Shown here in pieces: positions 37,575 to 47,277 of a stretch of 55,576 bases of DNA. Under the pieces are notes generated by a model. It made no database searches. It was not told the origin of the DNA and saw only the letters and a program-made list of their open reading frames with translations. This stretch comes from a virus. The position numbers were made by a program, and so were the translations under genes. The stretch lies in UHGV virus genome UHGV-0320443; one strand, written 5' to 3'. Every line of letters starts with the position of its first letter. Position 1 is the stretch's first letter.

Positions 37575-38138
37575 TCAATAACCATTCTTCTGACGATCGA
37601 TATTCTCTTGCCATTTCTTATGATAGGCCTTCGTAATTTCATCTGCGGAAAGATTCATCATCTCGCCTAATTGCATGAAAGATACCCAAGACATTGCTAA
37701 GCATTTCATATCAGCCATAAGCCCTGCGGTCGTAATGAATGAAGTTAGTCGATTTACCATCGAAATAAACAGAGCATTTTTCGCGGAACTATCTCGAAGC
37801 GTGTATTGATCCAAAGGTCTACGAACCTCAACAAGCTCCGCTATTCTATTCGTAATTTTGTATGTGGGTGAACCATCCTCTAACTGATTAAAAATACTTA
37901 GGTAGAAGTGAATACAGTCAACATATTCTTCGACCAAAGTTTCCTTAGGCTCTTGATTCAGAGACCAGACTTTAAACCAACGAGCATCGTTAGCCATTTC
38001 AGCAAGCTCTACAACCAGAGCAGTTACAGTATTGACTAGACGCTGTTCACGCGTCCAGACAATACCATGTTGTTCAATTACCATATCATCTAATGCTCGC
38101 TGCTTTGTACGTAAGTCTTGAATATTAATTTCTAGCAT
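37575..38138 (-). CDS. all-alpha NTP pyrophosphatase (dimeric dUTPase / MazG-like)
   Basis: LVVELAEMANDAR and EEYVDCIHFYLSIF resemble the dUTPase_2 ExxE / ExxDxxHF motifs. Confidence 0.45.
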   Translation of the reverse strand: MLEINIQDLRTKQRALDDMVIEQHGIVWTREQRLVNTVTALVVELAEMANDARWFKVWSLNQEPKETLVEEYVDCIHFYLSIFNQLEDGSPTYKITNRIAELVEVRRPLDQYTLRDSSAKNALFISMVNRLTSFITTAGLMADMKCLAMSWVSFMQLGEMMNLSADEITKAYHKKWQENIDRQKNGY

Positions 38139-38140
38139 AT

Positions 38141-38725
38141 TTAAATTCCTCCACGTTTCAAGTTTGAATATTGTTCCGCCATTGTATTTAAAACTTCAGC
38201 GTTTTCTTTATCGCCCATCTTAGTTAACTGAGCTGCGATTACAGTCATCATATCCCCAATGTGTCCTACTACCATTTTACCTTCAGTGATCATGTTATTG
38301 ATGACTGCCCAATCAAAGTGAACTGTTGGTCCATCATCAATTTGAATGAAAGCTCCTGTGTCATATAATGCAGTGACAACTCCCCCATAGAACTTATCAT
38401 TATGAGCTCCTGATTGGTAAAATAAAGATGTTCCTTCGTCGATCAGATTTTTGTTATCTTTGATTTTATCTGGTCGAGTTGATTTCTTACCTGACCCTTG
38501 AGTACGTTGCTTTCTTTCTTTAGGAGCACTAGCTGGTTGCGACTCTGCCCAATTATCCCACACATCTGGATCAATCATTCGTTTGCCTGTAGTTTCATCT
38601 ACTGGGGCATCCTGTTTACGAATAGCTGCATTTATCTTTTGTGGTGAATTAAATCGAGCAATTCCTGCCTCCTCGTTGTGTTTAGCAAATTGTGCTACCG
38701 TCATTAGTTCTGCCATCTCAATCAT
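38141..38725 (-). CDS. hypothetical protein (194 aa)
   Basis: ORF only. Confidence 0.45.
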   Translation of the reverse strand: MIEMAELMTVAQFAKHNEEAGIARFNSPQKINAAIRKQDAPVDETTGKRMIDPDVWDNWAESQPASAPKERKQRTQGSGKKSTRPDKIKDNKNLIDEGTSLFYQSGAHNDKFYGGVVTALYDTGAFIQIDDGPTVHFDWAVINNMITEGKMVVGHIGDMMTVIAAQLTKMGDKENAEVLNTMAEQYSNLKRGGI

Positions 38726-38791
38726 TCCTCTCTCTTATTTATACTTTAATTATACGCCAGATTGACGGACTTGTCGAGGGCAAAAACCTAA

Positions 38792-39469
38792 TTAATCACC
38801 AAGTTTTTGTTCAATGTTTTGAGACACAGCTAGCATCATATGGGCAGACATTTCAGCAATATCATCTATAGCTCCCTCAGGATTATTAAGATTATTTTGA
38901 AAAGCGAGATCGGTGATAATATCCGCAAGAGCGTGAACAATTCCATCCATATCCATCATGCAAGTAACATTCCGAGCCGCGTTGTAACTGCCTTCTTCTT
39001 CATTTGATTCTGTCATATGAGATTCAAAATAGAGACAGCTGTGACCAACTACGTTTAAGAAGTTCTTTTCAAATCCTGACTCTTCTTCTAGCTCTTCGCG
39101 ATTGTTTTCATAAGCCTGCATTTGTTTATCTGCTTTGGATAGATTGAAGAAATCGTCTACCGAATCAAAGGTACGATCAGGGAATACGCGTAATACAAAG
39201 CCTTTGTGAGATTCTTCCAATACGACATACTCACCTACAGTAGCTGTATGACATTGGTAATTTTTAGTTTCACCATAACCATCTGGATATAACTTGATAT
39301 TAATTACATCCAAATCATCTGGATTTTCTGATACCACATAGTCAGATTTAGAAAAGGCCTGCGATAGTAACATCTTGACATTTTCCAATGACTCCGTAAT
39401 GTTGCTGCCTACATGATGAACCATGTAAGCTTTTGGTCGTGAAGTAATTCGTTCGATATTATATTTCAT
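38792..39469 (-). CDS. hypothetical protein (225 aa)
   Basis: ORF only. Confidence 0.45.
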   Translation of the reverse strand: MKYNIERITSRPKAYMVHHVGSNITESLENVKMLLSQAFSKSDYVVSENPDDLDVINIKLYPDGYGETKNYQCHTATVGEYVVLEESHKGFVLRVFPDRTFDSVDDFFNLSKADKQMQAYENNREELEEESGFEKNFLNVVGHSCLYFESHMTESNEEEGSYNAARNVTCMMDMDGIVHALADIITDLAFQNNLNNPEGAIDDIAEMSAHMMLAVSQNIEQKLGD

Positions 39470-39471
39470 GA

Positions 39472-40464
39472 TTATAAACCTAGCCCTTTCATTTCTTCTA
39501 AAAGTTCTTTCATGACAGGATCACTGTCAGCAACTTTTTCAAACAATGCCATCTTATTAGCTTCTTCATAACGAGCTTGTGCTTTAGCAAACAATTCTTG
39601 CTTCTTAGCAATATTGATCAACAGCTTTTCATTGAAAGCTTGTTGCTCTTCATAAGAGTCGATGCCTACAATGAATTTGGTACCTAATTTTCGATCTTCT
39701 AACTGCTTACTCGCTACCAAACCAATTTCGTAAGTTCTATAAGAATCTACACTAGGTACTACAGCAAACAGCGTCTTTCCAGATTCTAACAAGGCCTTAA
39801 CTTCTGGCTCCATATTGGTAGGTACTACATACTCATATAGTTTTGATCCTGATGATTTTGAAAATTTTACATTGATTGATTTCATGTTTGTTCCTCCTAA
39901 GATATTTTTTATAATATGATCTGGTACTTTAACGCCGTTTGCAGTCAGTTGTTCAACTGCGGATGTCACTTCACTGTCTGTAGGACACTCTTTCTTAATG
40001 AAAGGTGTATCTGGTAGCACTTCATAGCCCAACTCCTTCTTGAGTAGAAATCGATGATAAATATTTTCGTCCAGATAATTATTGACATAGGTGCGACTAA
40101 TATAGGTATAAGGAGTGTTACGCTGCAATATCCTTTCTATCCTTGATCCGAAAACATGATCTAGCTCTCCATAATAGTGTAACACAGCTCCAGCTATCTC
40201 TAAAAGAGCAGTAACTGGTCCTGTATATAAAAACCTTGTTTCTTGATACTTATTAAAACCAGCATCTTCGACCATGTTAGCTAAGCGCTTTCTTTCCTTC
40301 TTTGTAATGTTACTACTAATTGATCTCCACATATACTTATTCAAAAGATCATTGTAATACTTAGCTAGAGGTAACACCTTTGCAGTGAATAGATCATTTA
40401 CAAAGAGGCTAAATGTCGGACTCTCTAGCATCCGATCAGGTGTAGTTTTTTCTTTAGTCATCAC
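39472..40464 (-). CDS. hypothetical protein (330 aa)
   Basis: ORF only. Confidence 0.5.
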   Translation of the reverse strand: MMTKEKTTPDRMLESPTFSLFVNDLFTAKVLPLAKYYNDLLNKYMWRSISSNITKKERKRLANMVEDAGFNKYQETRFLYTGPVTALLEIAGAVLHYYGELDHVFGSRIERILQRNTPYTYISRTYVNNYLDENIYHRFLLKKELGYEVLPDTPFIKKECPTDSEVTSAVEQLTANGVKVPDHIIKNILGGTNMKSINVKFSKSSGSKLYEYVVPTNMEPEVKALLESGKTLFAVVPSVDSYRTYEIGLVASKQLEDRKLGTKFIVGIDSYEEQQAFNEKLLINIAKKQELFAKAQARYEEANKMALFEKVADSDPVMKELLEEMKGLGL

Positions 40465-40763
40465 TCTTCCTCCTTACCAAAATATCTATCTCGCATAGAG
40501 TCCATCATATTAGAAATGTCTTGTTGGACTTCAGCAGCAAAAATGTCATCTGCTTTAACTAGTTCGTTTAATGTCAGATTAGCATTTCTTAAATGAGTAA
40601 TAACTTGTTCGGCAACCTCTTGTGAATTTACATCAACTTCGTCCCGGAACCTACGATAGATAACACCCTCGGCACTTATCAAATGAAATACTTCTCCATG
40701 GTTAGTAATATCAGCAACTTCTACTACCTGGTCAGTTATTTTGTCAATCACTCTCATTGTCAT
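40461..40763 (-). CDS. hypothetical protein (100 aa)
   Basis: ORF only. Confidence 0.4.
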   Translation of the reverse strand: MTMRVIDKITDQVVEVADITNHGEVFHLISAEGVIYRRFRDEVDVNSQEVAEQVITHLRNANLTLNELVKADDIFAAEVQQDISNMMDSMRDRYFGKEEE

Positions 40764-40969
40764 CGTCTTTGCTCCCTTCTTTCTTGTTGAATAATTTCAT
40801 CCTCCTCGGCCACAATAGAAAGAAAATTTCCTACTGCGAAGATACCTATCAAACCAAAAGCAATACGAATATCTACATGTCCCAAATAAGCAATTACAAT
40901 TGAAATTAGTGCTGCCTGCATTGTGTGTTTTGAATCTCGACGAAGTTTCTTTCTTGTCATATGAATCAT
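40760..40969 (-). CDS. small membrane protein
   Basis: Start re-set to MIHM/MTRKK near the RBS GAGAGGAA. TM helix AALISIVIAYL...GLIGIFAVGNFL. Confidence 0.35.
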   Translation of the reverse strand: MIHMTRKKLRRDSKHTMQAALISIVIAYLGHVDIRIAFGLIGIFAVGNFLSIVAEEDEIIQQERREQRR

Positions 40970-41145
40970 TCCTCTCTTTATCTTATACATTAATAATATA
41001 ATAGAATGCTTCTCCAATCCAGGGACAACGCAAAAGAAAAGCATCTTATCCAAACTAATGAATAAGATGCTTCTCAAGAAGGTTAGCATTCTTGAACGAC
41101 CACAAGACGCTACCTTAATTATAACTGGTCACACGTCATTAGTCA

Positions 41146-43713
41146 CTACCAATCTGTATCCATTACTGAGTTTAGATTTCCTGATTTGTCTTCATATAAT
41201 ATATCACCATTGTCAGCTACTTGCATCTCATATAGTTCTCCCCATGAAGGCCCTATTTCAGCATCCGCTAAGAAAGGCACTTCAGTATCTAATAGGACAC
41301 TAGCAGCTACTGGCATATAAGTTTGATGAATAATATATACTAGTCTAATTATTTCAGGATCTTTTTTCACCTCAGCAATTACAGAGTCATGTACCGTATT
41401 GACTAAGCGAGCAACTGTTTCGCCATACATTTCATTTAAGACTTCGATCTCTTCTTCAATACGACATACTGACCAAACCATACAGTCAGACGCTTCAGAT
41501 TGAATTGGGAAGTTAACAGCCTCGTTTTGTAGTCCATTTTTATTAGTATCAGTTACTAAGCCGAATGGACGAATTCTTCCTACAGGTGTTTCAAATACTC
41601 TACCTTCCAATGGATCTTGACGACGCTCTTCCATCCACTTTCTAGTTAATGGTTGTGGAGCATACCAGTCTTCAATCAATTGTTCAGCTTCTTTAATACT
41701 CATGCTATGTTCTGCTGCCAAAGTATAGGCACTGCGTCCATAAGGAATACCGAAGTTTACAGCCTTAGCTCGAACACGTTGTTCTTTAGTAAAGTTCGGT
41801 CCAAATAATTGAATAGAGATCTCATCATGTAAATCGGAACCTTTGTAGTAAACACCTTGTAACCAAGGGTCTCCCCCTTCAACAGACAAGACACGTAGCT
41901 CTGCTTGAGAGTAGTCATGCTGCATCAATACAAATCCATCCTCAGCATCAAAGATATTTTTAATGTCTGATTGTCGAGGAATATTATGGAAGTTCGGATC
42001 CGCAGATGATAATCGGCCTGTCTCTGTTCCATGAAGTTTAAAGGTTGTATGAGCTCGGTCAGTATCTTTATCGATGATCTTGTCAATGCCTAAGATGTAA
42101 GTGGAGTACATTTTCTTATCCTTCGCATAACTCAGTTTAGCATCGATAAATTGGATTGCATTGACATCCGTAAGTCTTTCCTTGTATATATTGAGGGAAT
42201 CAGCATCGGACGAGATCTTCTTCTTTTTGATAATAGGCTTGAGTTGCCAAACGTGAAACAACAAGAACCGAATATGCATGTAACTATTTGGATTAAATGT
42301 TTTCGGTACTTTAGTAGGTCCAGGCTGTTTCTTGCCTGCAGCCCTACCTTTCTTCAACCATTCATCATATTTAGATTTATCAGCCCAACGAGCATATTCA
42401 ACAGGATCCCAACCAGAAAGATTAGCTTTCTCTACTAAGTCCTCAAATAGTTTTTCTAGTCGTGGACCATATTCTGCTTTAAGTCTTTCAATATGCTCAC
42501 GATTGGTGTGGTGTCCATTGATTTCCATATGCATGTAATATTCACTAGCATCCATCAATAGATCTAGCTCTTTCTGAATCTTACGTCCACGCTTAACTTC
42601 TTCATCAAAGAAAGGTTTCATAGCATGATAGACTCTGAAAGTAGCATCTGTATCGACACCTTGATATTTGTACAAGATTGGTCTAGGAATATCAGCAAAG
42701 CTTTCTTTTACATATTTATGAGCGTGATGTTCCCACGGCTCGAAATTACAAAACTCAATAGCTACTTGTTCTAAGTCATGAGTACCTTTACGTACATCTA
42801 AACAATAATGATAAAGCATTGTATCAATGTCTGTTCTAGCACGAATACCATATTGAGCTCGGAAGAACTTATTATCAAACTTACCATTATGATAAAGCCA
42901 GGTAATATTTTTTGACTCGATAGTTGCTTTTAAATCATCATAGATAGATTCATCAAGAATTATTTCTTCAGGAATGACATATGATTCTCCTTCCTTATAA
43001 GTAAAGCCTTGACAAAGTAGTTTATCTTTTTTAAAATCAAATCCTCGAGTCTCAATATCACTCGCGACAATTCTTTTGTCCTTACGTAAAAATTGCAAGA
43101 ATGCTTTGGTCTTTTCTACGGTTGGTAACACGTATACTTTCGTCTGCGGAGCCTCGTTTTGTAAGCCCTTCTCACGTTGGATTAATCGTAAGGCCTTGTC
43201 TAGGTCGAGCAACCACGTTTGAAAAGTATTAGGTGATGTAGCTACATACTTTGGATGGAAAGTTAAAATCGTGTAGGCATTTAAACGACCATCCCATTTC
43301 CATTTACCTCGACCTTCCATAACACCAGCTTTGGTGATAGCTAATGATTTGCCTGCAGCATTCCCTAAAGCAATAATAACTTTTGGTTTAGCTCTACGTA
43401 AAACAGATTCCAACATCGGTCTGTAAGCAGAGATCTGCGAAGCAGTGGGTTCCTTCTCTGTATACATGTCAGTCGCATAAGTATAAAATATTCTTAGGTC
43501 CTTGATTGGCTTATCCAAAACTTCATTTAAATTATGCTGTACCATTTTAATGACTTTCTTGAATAAAACAGCAGCAGAAGCCTGAAAAGGCTCCTGTGCA
43601 TATATTTCTGTTAAAGTAGGTGAATCTCCAACTACAACTACGTCATACTCTTCTTTAGGTAAAACAGTTCTGAGTCGTTGTGCTTTTAGCTCTATTGGAG
43701 GCATGACAACCAC
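41146..43713 (-). CDS. family-A DNA polymerase with an N-terminal UDG-family-4-like domain and a 3'-5' exonuclease domain
   Basis: DYSQAELRVLS is Pol A motif A. 855 aa. The N-terminal roughly 200 aa show UDG-like features (VVGDSP...TFHPKY). Confidence 0.8.
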   Translation of the reverse strand: MVVMPPIELKAQRLRTVLPKEEYDVVVVGDSPTLTEIYAQEPFQASAAVLFKKVIKMVQHNLNEVLDKPIKDLRIFYTYATDMYTEKEPTASQISAYRPMLESVLRRAKPKVIIALGNAAGKSLAITKAGVMEGRGKWKWDGRLNAYTILTFHPKYVATSPNTFQTWLLDLDKALRLIQREKGLQNEAPQTKVYVLPTVEKTKAFLQFLRKDKRIVASDIETRGFDFKKDKLLCQGFTYKEGESYVIPEEIILDESIYDDLKATIESKNITWLYHNGKFDNKFFRAQYGIRARTDIDTMLYHYCLDVRKGTHDLEQVAIEFCNFEPWEHHAHKYVKESFADIPRPILYKYQGVDTDATFRVYHAMKPFFDEEVKRGRKIQKELDLLMDASEYYMHMEINGHHTNREHIERLKAEYGPRLEKLFEDLVEKANLSGWDPVEYARWADKSKYDEWLKKGRAAGKKQPGPTKVPKTFNPNSYMHIRFLLFHVWQLKPIIKKKKISSDADSLNIYKERLTDVNAIQFIDAKLSYAKDKKMYSTYILGIDKIIDKDTDRAHTTFKLHGTETGRLSSADPNFHNIPRQSDIKNIFDAEDGFVLMQHDYSQAELRVLSVEGGDPWLQGVYYKGSDLHDEISIQLFGPNFTKEQRVRAKAVNFGIPYGRSAYTLAAEHSMSIKEAEQLIEDWYAPQPLTRKWMEERRQDPLEGRVFETPVGRIRPFGLVTDTNKNGLQNEAVNFPIQSEASDCMVWSVCRIEEEIEVLNEMYGETVARLVNTVHDSVIAEVKKDPEIIRLVYIIHQTYMPVAASVLLDTEVPFLADAEIGPSWGELYEMQVADNGDILYEDKSGNLNSVMDTDW

Positions 43714-44510
43714 TCCTTGACTCTTTTAATGTTATTGTCTTCCAACTTTTCAAATCGTGATCCGATCTCGTGATGACGATGATCAGCACTACCAGGTGTT
43801 CTTGCTTGCGAATGACGAGGATCTTCTCTGAAGTCACGTCCATGCATTGCTTCCCAGTTTGGAAGAACAGAGTCAACCGAGCGAACATATTCAGCTACGT
43901 CAGGTTCAAATAAGAAGTCCATTGTAGACCAAGCACCTAATAAATGAATTTCTTTCCCAAGAGCTTTAGTTTCTTGTAGTAGATTGTTTTGCAATAATGC
44001 TCGCAGAATGAAATTACGACTATAGCCATCAGAGCCTTTTAAAGTACTAGTCACTTTAGGAATACCAATAGTATCAATTCGTGGTTCTTGTAATAATGTA
44101 GCATAGCAAGATAAGAATTCTTCTACATTAGCTCCTTGGGCAACAGCCATGAATTTATAAGGAGCATCATAATGTTTTTCTAATGCAGCAAAAGTTCTTT
44201 GCAATGACTCTTTTTTACGAGTAAAGGCATCTGGTAAAATAACTTCATCAGCACCAATAATTCCAGCAGCTTCTAATACTAAATCCATGTTCATAGCTTT
44301 CTTACCCATTTCAATCAAGCTATTATCTAAGATAATAAATTCTTTGTTAAAGTCCTTACGAGCTTTATAGGCCTTAGCATAAAATTTATCTTCAGCCAAT
44401 ACTAAGTGAGTAAGCGCCATTTGAATGCCATCAGAGTAATCCAATGATTGTTGCATCTTGAAAGGATCCATATGTCCGAATAAAGGTATGTTAGCGAATT
44501 TGATAGTCAT
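43692..44510 (-). CDS. dpdA: DpdA-like tRNA-guanine-transglycosylase-fold protein (candidate DNA 7-deazaguanine transglycosylase)
   Basis: 272 aa with ILDNSLIEMG and HLLGAW segments that resemble the TGT DSGG and LGxG regions. It sits inside the que gene neighbourhood. Confidence 0.4.
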   Translation of the reverse strand: MTIKFANIPLFGHMDPFKMQQSLDYSDGIQMALTHLVLAEDKFYAKAYKARKDFNKEFIILDNSLIEMGKKAMNMDLVLEAAGIIGADEVILPDAFTRKKESLQRTFAALEKHYDAPYKFMAVAQGANVEEFLSCYATLLQEPRIDTIGIPKVTSTLKGSDGYSRNFILRALLQNNLLQETKALGKEIHLLGAWSTMDFLFEPDVAEYVRSVDSVLPNWEAMHGRDFREDPRHSQARTPGSADHRHHEIGSRFEKLEDNNIKRVKEWLSCLQ

Positions 44511-45066
44511 AGATAGGTTGTCCTCCGGTTTCGATTTGATCTAAAGCAATTGCAAGCATACTTGCTGCAGTCATGTGTGAGCTATTTAGTTGAAGTACAG
44601 GAACTCCAGCGGCTCTTAGAATAGCCATATATTTTCGGTACTGGCCTAAGATATCTTCGATTTGATCAATGCCCACAACTTCTTCTTTCTCAGCAATAAA
44701 GCGTCGAGCAATATCATATACAGTAGCTTCGCAGTAGATAAACAATGGTTTAGTTTCAACTAACCAGTCAAAGATTTCACTAAACTGATCTATCAATTCA
44801 CTTGAAGGAGTACCTGCCATAACATGACTGTAAACTAATTCCTCTGGATAATTGAATCGATCCATTAAGAAACTTTTGTTATGAGAATCACAACGGTAGA
44901 TAATTGCATGAGCTGTATTGATAGCTTCTTCAGTACTTTTAGGTAGATCACCTTTATGATACTTATAATCACTATCTGCTAATGCTGTTGTCAAACCTTT
45001 AATCAATGTCGACTTACCTGTTTTGTCACAACCTGTTACAATAATATTAGAATACTTCTTCTTCAT
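44491..45066 (-). CDS. P-loop nucleotide kinase (thymidylate-kinase / dNMP-kinase-like)
   Basis: IIVTGCDKTGKSTL matches the TMK-type P-loop. Start re-set to MKKKYSN (AGGAGA RBS). Confidence 0.45.
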   Translation of the reverse strand: MKKKYSNIIVTGCDKTGKSTLIKGLTTALADSDYKYHKGDLPKSTEEAINTAHAIIYRCDSHNKSFLMDRFNYPEELVYSHVMAGTPSSELIDQFSEIFDWLVETKPLFIYCEATVYDIARRFIAEKEEVVGIDQIEDILGQYRKYMAILRAAGVPVLQLNSSHMTAASMLAIALDQIETGGQPIYDYQIR

Positions 45067-45367
45067 CTGTGCTATCTCCTGACTTTTCTTCTTCTTTCTC
45101 AAAAGGGACTCCCATAAGGACAATACATTCTCCAGCAAAGTCTATCACTCTCCCAATATATTGCTCGTTTTCTTCATTTAAATTGACTTTGCCTCCAACA
45201 TTATAGCTAGCGTCAGTTGAGATAATACGTACTTCCTCACTAGTTGATCCTTGTAGAATTCTGATTAATTCTTCCCGGTCAAAAACAGTTTCTTTACCAA
45301 ACATATTTTTTCTTGCAGGTCTTTCGATGTTGTAAGTATCTAAGCGTTTTGTAAATTTTTCAATCAA
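45047..45367 (-). CDS. hypothetical protein (106 aa)
   Basis: ORF only. Confidence 0.4.
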   Translation of the reverse strand: MIEKFTKRLDTYNIERPARKNMFGKETVFDREELIRILQGSTSEEVRIISTDASYNVGGKVNLNEENEQYIGRVIDFAGECIVLMGVPFEKEEEKSGDSTDEEEVF

Positions 45368-45647
45368 AACTAACTCCTCCTTCGGTTGATTGTAATCCTT
45401 TAACTAAAGTAGCATACTCAGCCCTGTCTTGATTAAGTTGTTGTTGTAAGGCTTCAGCTAAAATATTTGATCTTAGTTTACCGCCAAAGACAGTATAAAA
45501 ATTCATACCTTTAGGATGTCTTCGCTGCATATGAACTTTGATATCAATATCTTCACTTTTAAATGTTTCATCATCTAAAGCTTTTTCGATATCTTCCATT
45601 CTAATACTTATCTCACGTAATCTTTCCAGAATAGCTAATTGACTCAT
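45360..45647 (-). CDS. hypothetical protein (95 aa)
   Basis: ORF only. Confidence 0.4.
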   Translation of the reverse strand: MSQLAILERLREISIRMEDIEKALDDETFKSEDIDIKVHMQRRHPKGMNFYTVFGGKLRSNILAEALQQQLNQDRAEYATLVKGLQSTEGGVSFD

Positions 45648-46472
45648 TTAATCTGCCTCCTTATCTTTTGCCGTCAACCATTCATCTGCGGAGCCTAATT
45701 CGTTTCGCTCGTAAAGCTCTGCGTGTTTACGATCCCATACATCATCTAGGTTGATATTAAAGTTACGAGCTAGCTTGGTAATGTAGATCATTACATCTAC
45801 TAACTCATCTTGAAGATTGTTCCATTCATGTTCTGACCAGCCATCACGAATTAGTTTCTTACAACTGTTAGCTACTTCACCGGCTTCACCAGAAATACAC
45901 ATGGACATGTAAGCTAGATCTTGCATCTTAGCTCCATCAATTGGTTGCTCTGGATTGTAATCAGCTAGCTTGTCCATCAAGGTAACATCATTCATCATGT
46001 CAGTAAAAGTTAATTGATTAGGACGGTGTAAGTCTACAAACTTTTCAGGCTTTTGTGAAAAAGCTCTTATGTGTTGGAAGCCAGCAAAATCTAAATAGTT
46101 ACGATAGAATTCACCAACTTGATCTGGATTAATTCGTTCGTCAAAATAATCAGCCAAGCTAAAGGTAGGTGCTTCAATTGTTTCTCTAGCGTCCGATAAA
46201 GTCTTTGACCAGTCCCAAATTAAATATGCTGCATAGCCTTGTAAGGTAGTAAAGATAGCGTACGCTGATTGTTTTGTCTCTTCGATCGCTTTCATAGACA
46301 TTGTACTGAATCGATACCCTAAAGTACGTTGAATTAGTACAGGATAGTTACGAGGATTAATTCTCATTGAAATAGTTACACTATCCAATAATAGGCCTTC
46401 AGTTACCATTTCCTCGTACAGTCCTTTAATTCCTAAGTTTCGCAATCGATCTGACCATTGGTTTTGTTTCAT
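45648..46472 (-). CDS. MazG-like NTP pyrophosphohydrolase with an N-terminal extension
   Basis: The C-terminal GEAGEVANSCKKL...EHEWNNLQDELVDVMIYI matches the MazG E..E...E..D core. Confidence 0.5.
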   Translation of the reverse strand: MKQNQWSDRLRNLGIKGLYEEMVTEGLLLDSVTISMRINPRNYPVLIQRTLGYRFSTMSMKAIEETKQSAYAIFTTLQGYAAYLIWDWSKTLSDARETIEAPTFSLADYFDERINPDQVGEFYRNYLDFAGFQHIRAFSQKPEKFVDLHRPNQLTFTDMMNDVTLMDKLADYNPEQPIDGAKMQDLAYMSMCISGEAGEVANSCKKLIRDGWSEHEWNNLQDELVDVMIYITKLARNFNINLDDVWDRKHAELYERNELGSADEWLTAKDKEAD

Positions 46473-46494
46473 AATTTCTTTTCCCTCCGTTGTA

Positions 46495-46527
46495 AGAATA
46501 AAATAAGTATAGCTGGTTGCTATACTT
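46495..46527 (-). terminator. hairpin plus T-run after folE (operon terminator)
   Basis: AAGTATAGC-aacca-GCTATACTT (9-bp perfect stem) followed by TATTTTATTCTT on the minus strand. Confidence 0.4.
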
Positions 46528-46562
46528 ATATTATATGTTATTTAAATGATTTTGAATAGGTA

Positions 46563-47273
46563 CTACTTCATACTTAATAATGAAAGTAATTCCTGTTTTG
46601 CTGAAGCGTTCGCTGCAAAGACTCCTCTAACTGCAGATGTTGTAGTTGTTGCTCCACGTTTATGTGCGCCTCGGCCACACATGCAGTAATGCTCTGCGTT
46701 AATAATAACGGCAGATCCGATTGGTTGTAATACATCTTCAATGGCGTCAATGACTTCCGTTGTAAGTTTTTCTTGAACTTGGAATCGTTTTGCATATCCA
46801 TCCAATGTTCTAGCGAATTTGCTAAGCCCAGCAATTTTATTTGAAGGAATGTAGGCAATGCTAGCTGTTCCGAAAAACGGAGCAAAGTGGTGCTCACACA
46901 TAGAGTTGAATGGAATGTCTTTGATAAGGACAATGTCTCGGCCGTTAACGTTAGCTTCAAAATCTTTGAGCAAGTGTTGCTTAGGGTCTTCGCCATATCC
47001 CTCTGTGTACTCAAGGAAGGCTTTAAGCACTCGGAAGGGCGTCTCTTGTAATCCATCACGTCTAAAATCATCTCCACATATAGAAATTAAAGCATGCAAT
47101 CCTTGTAAGGCAACATCAATAGGATTATCATGATCTTTATCAGCACGCATTTCTGATACCGTAGGAAAATCATAAGCAGCCTCTTTAGGTAATCTTGGGC
47201 GGATTAATGCTTCCAGTTTTTCCTCTTGTTCCTTAGTTAATAAATTGTCTTTAAAAATATTCTCTACTGTCAT
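46563..47273 (-). CDS. folE: GTP cyclohydrolase I
   Basis: MCEHHFAPFFG active-site motif. Start re-set to MTVENIF (GAGGAG RBS). Confidence 0.8.
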   Translation of the reverse strand: MTVENIFKDNLLTKEQEEKLEALIRPRLPKEAAYDFPTVSEMRADKDHDNPIDVALQGLHALISICGDDFRRDGLQETPFRVLKAFLEYTEGYGEDPKQHLLKDFEANVNGRDIVLIKDIPFNSMCEHHFAPFFGTASIAYIPSNKIAGLSKFARTLDGYAKRFQVQEKLTTEVIDAIEDVLQPIGSAVIINAEHYCMCGRGAHKRGATTTTSAVRGVFAANASAKQELLSLLSMK

Positions 47274-47277
47274 GTAA

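Noticed and set aside
46574-47077. A 167-aa ORF in an alternative frame of folE
   Set aside because: Completely overlaps the folE reading frame, which carries unmistakable GTP-cyclohydrolase-I motifs.
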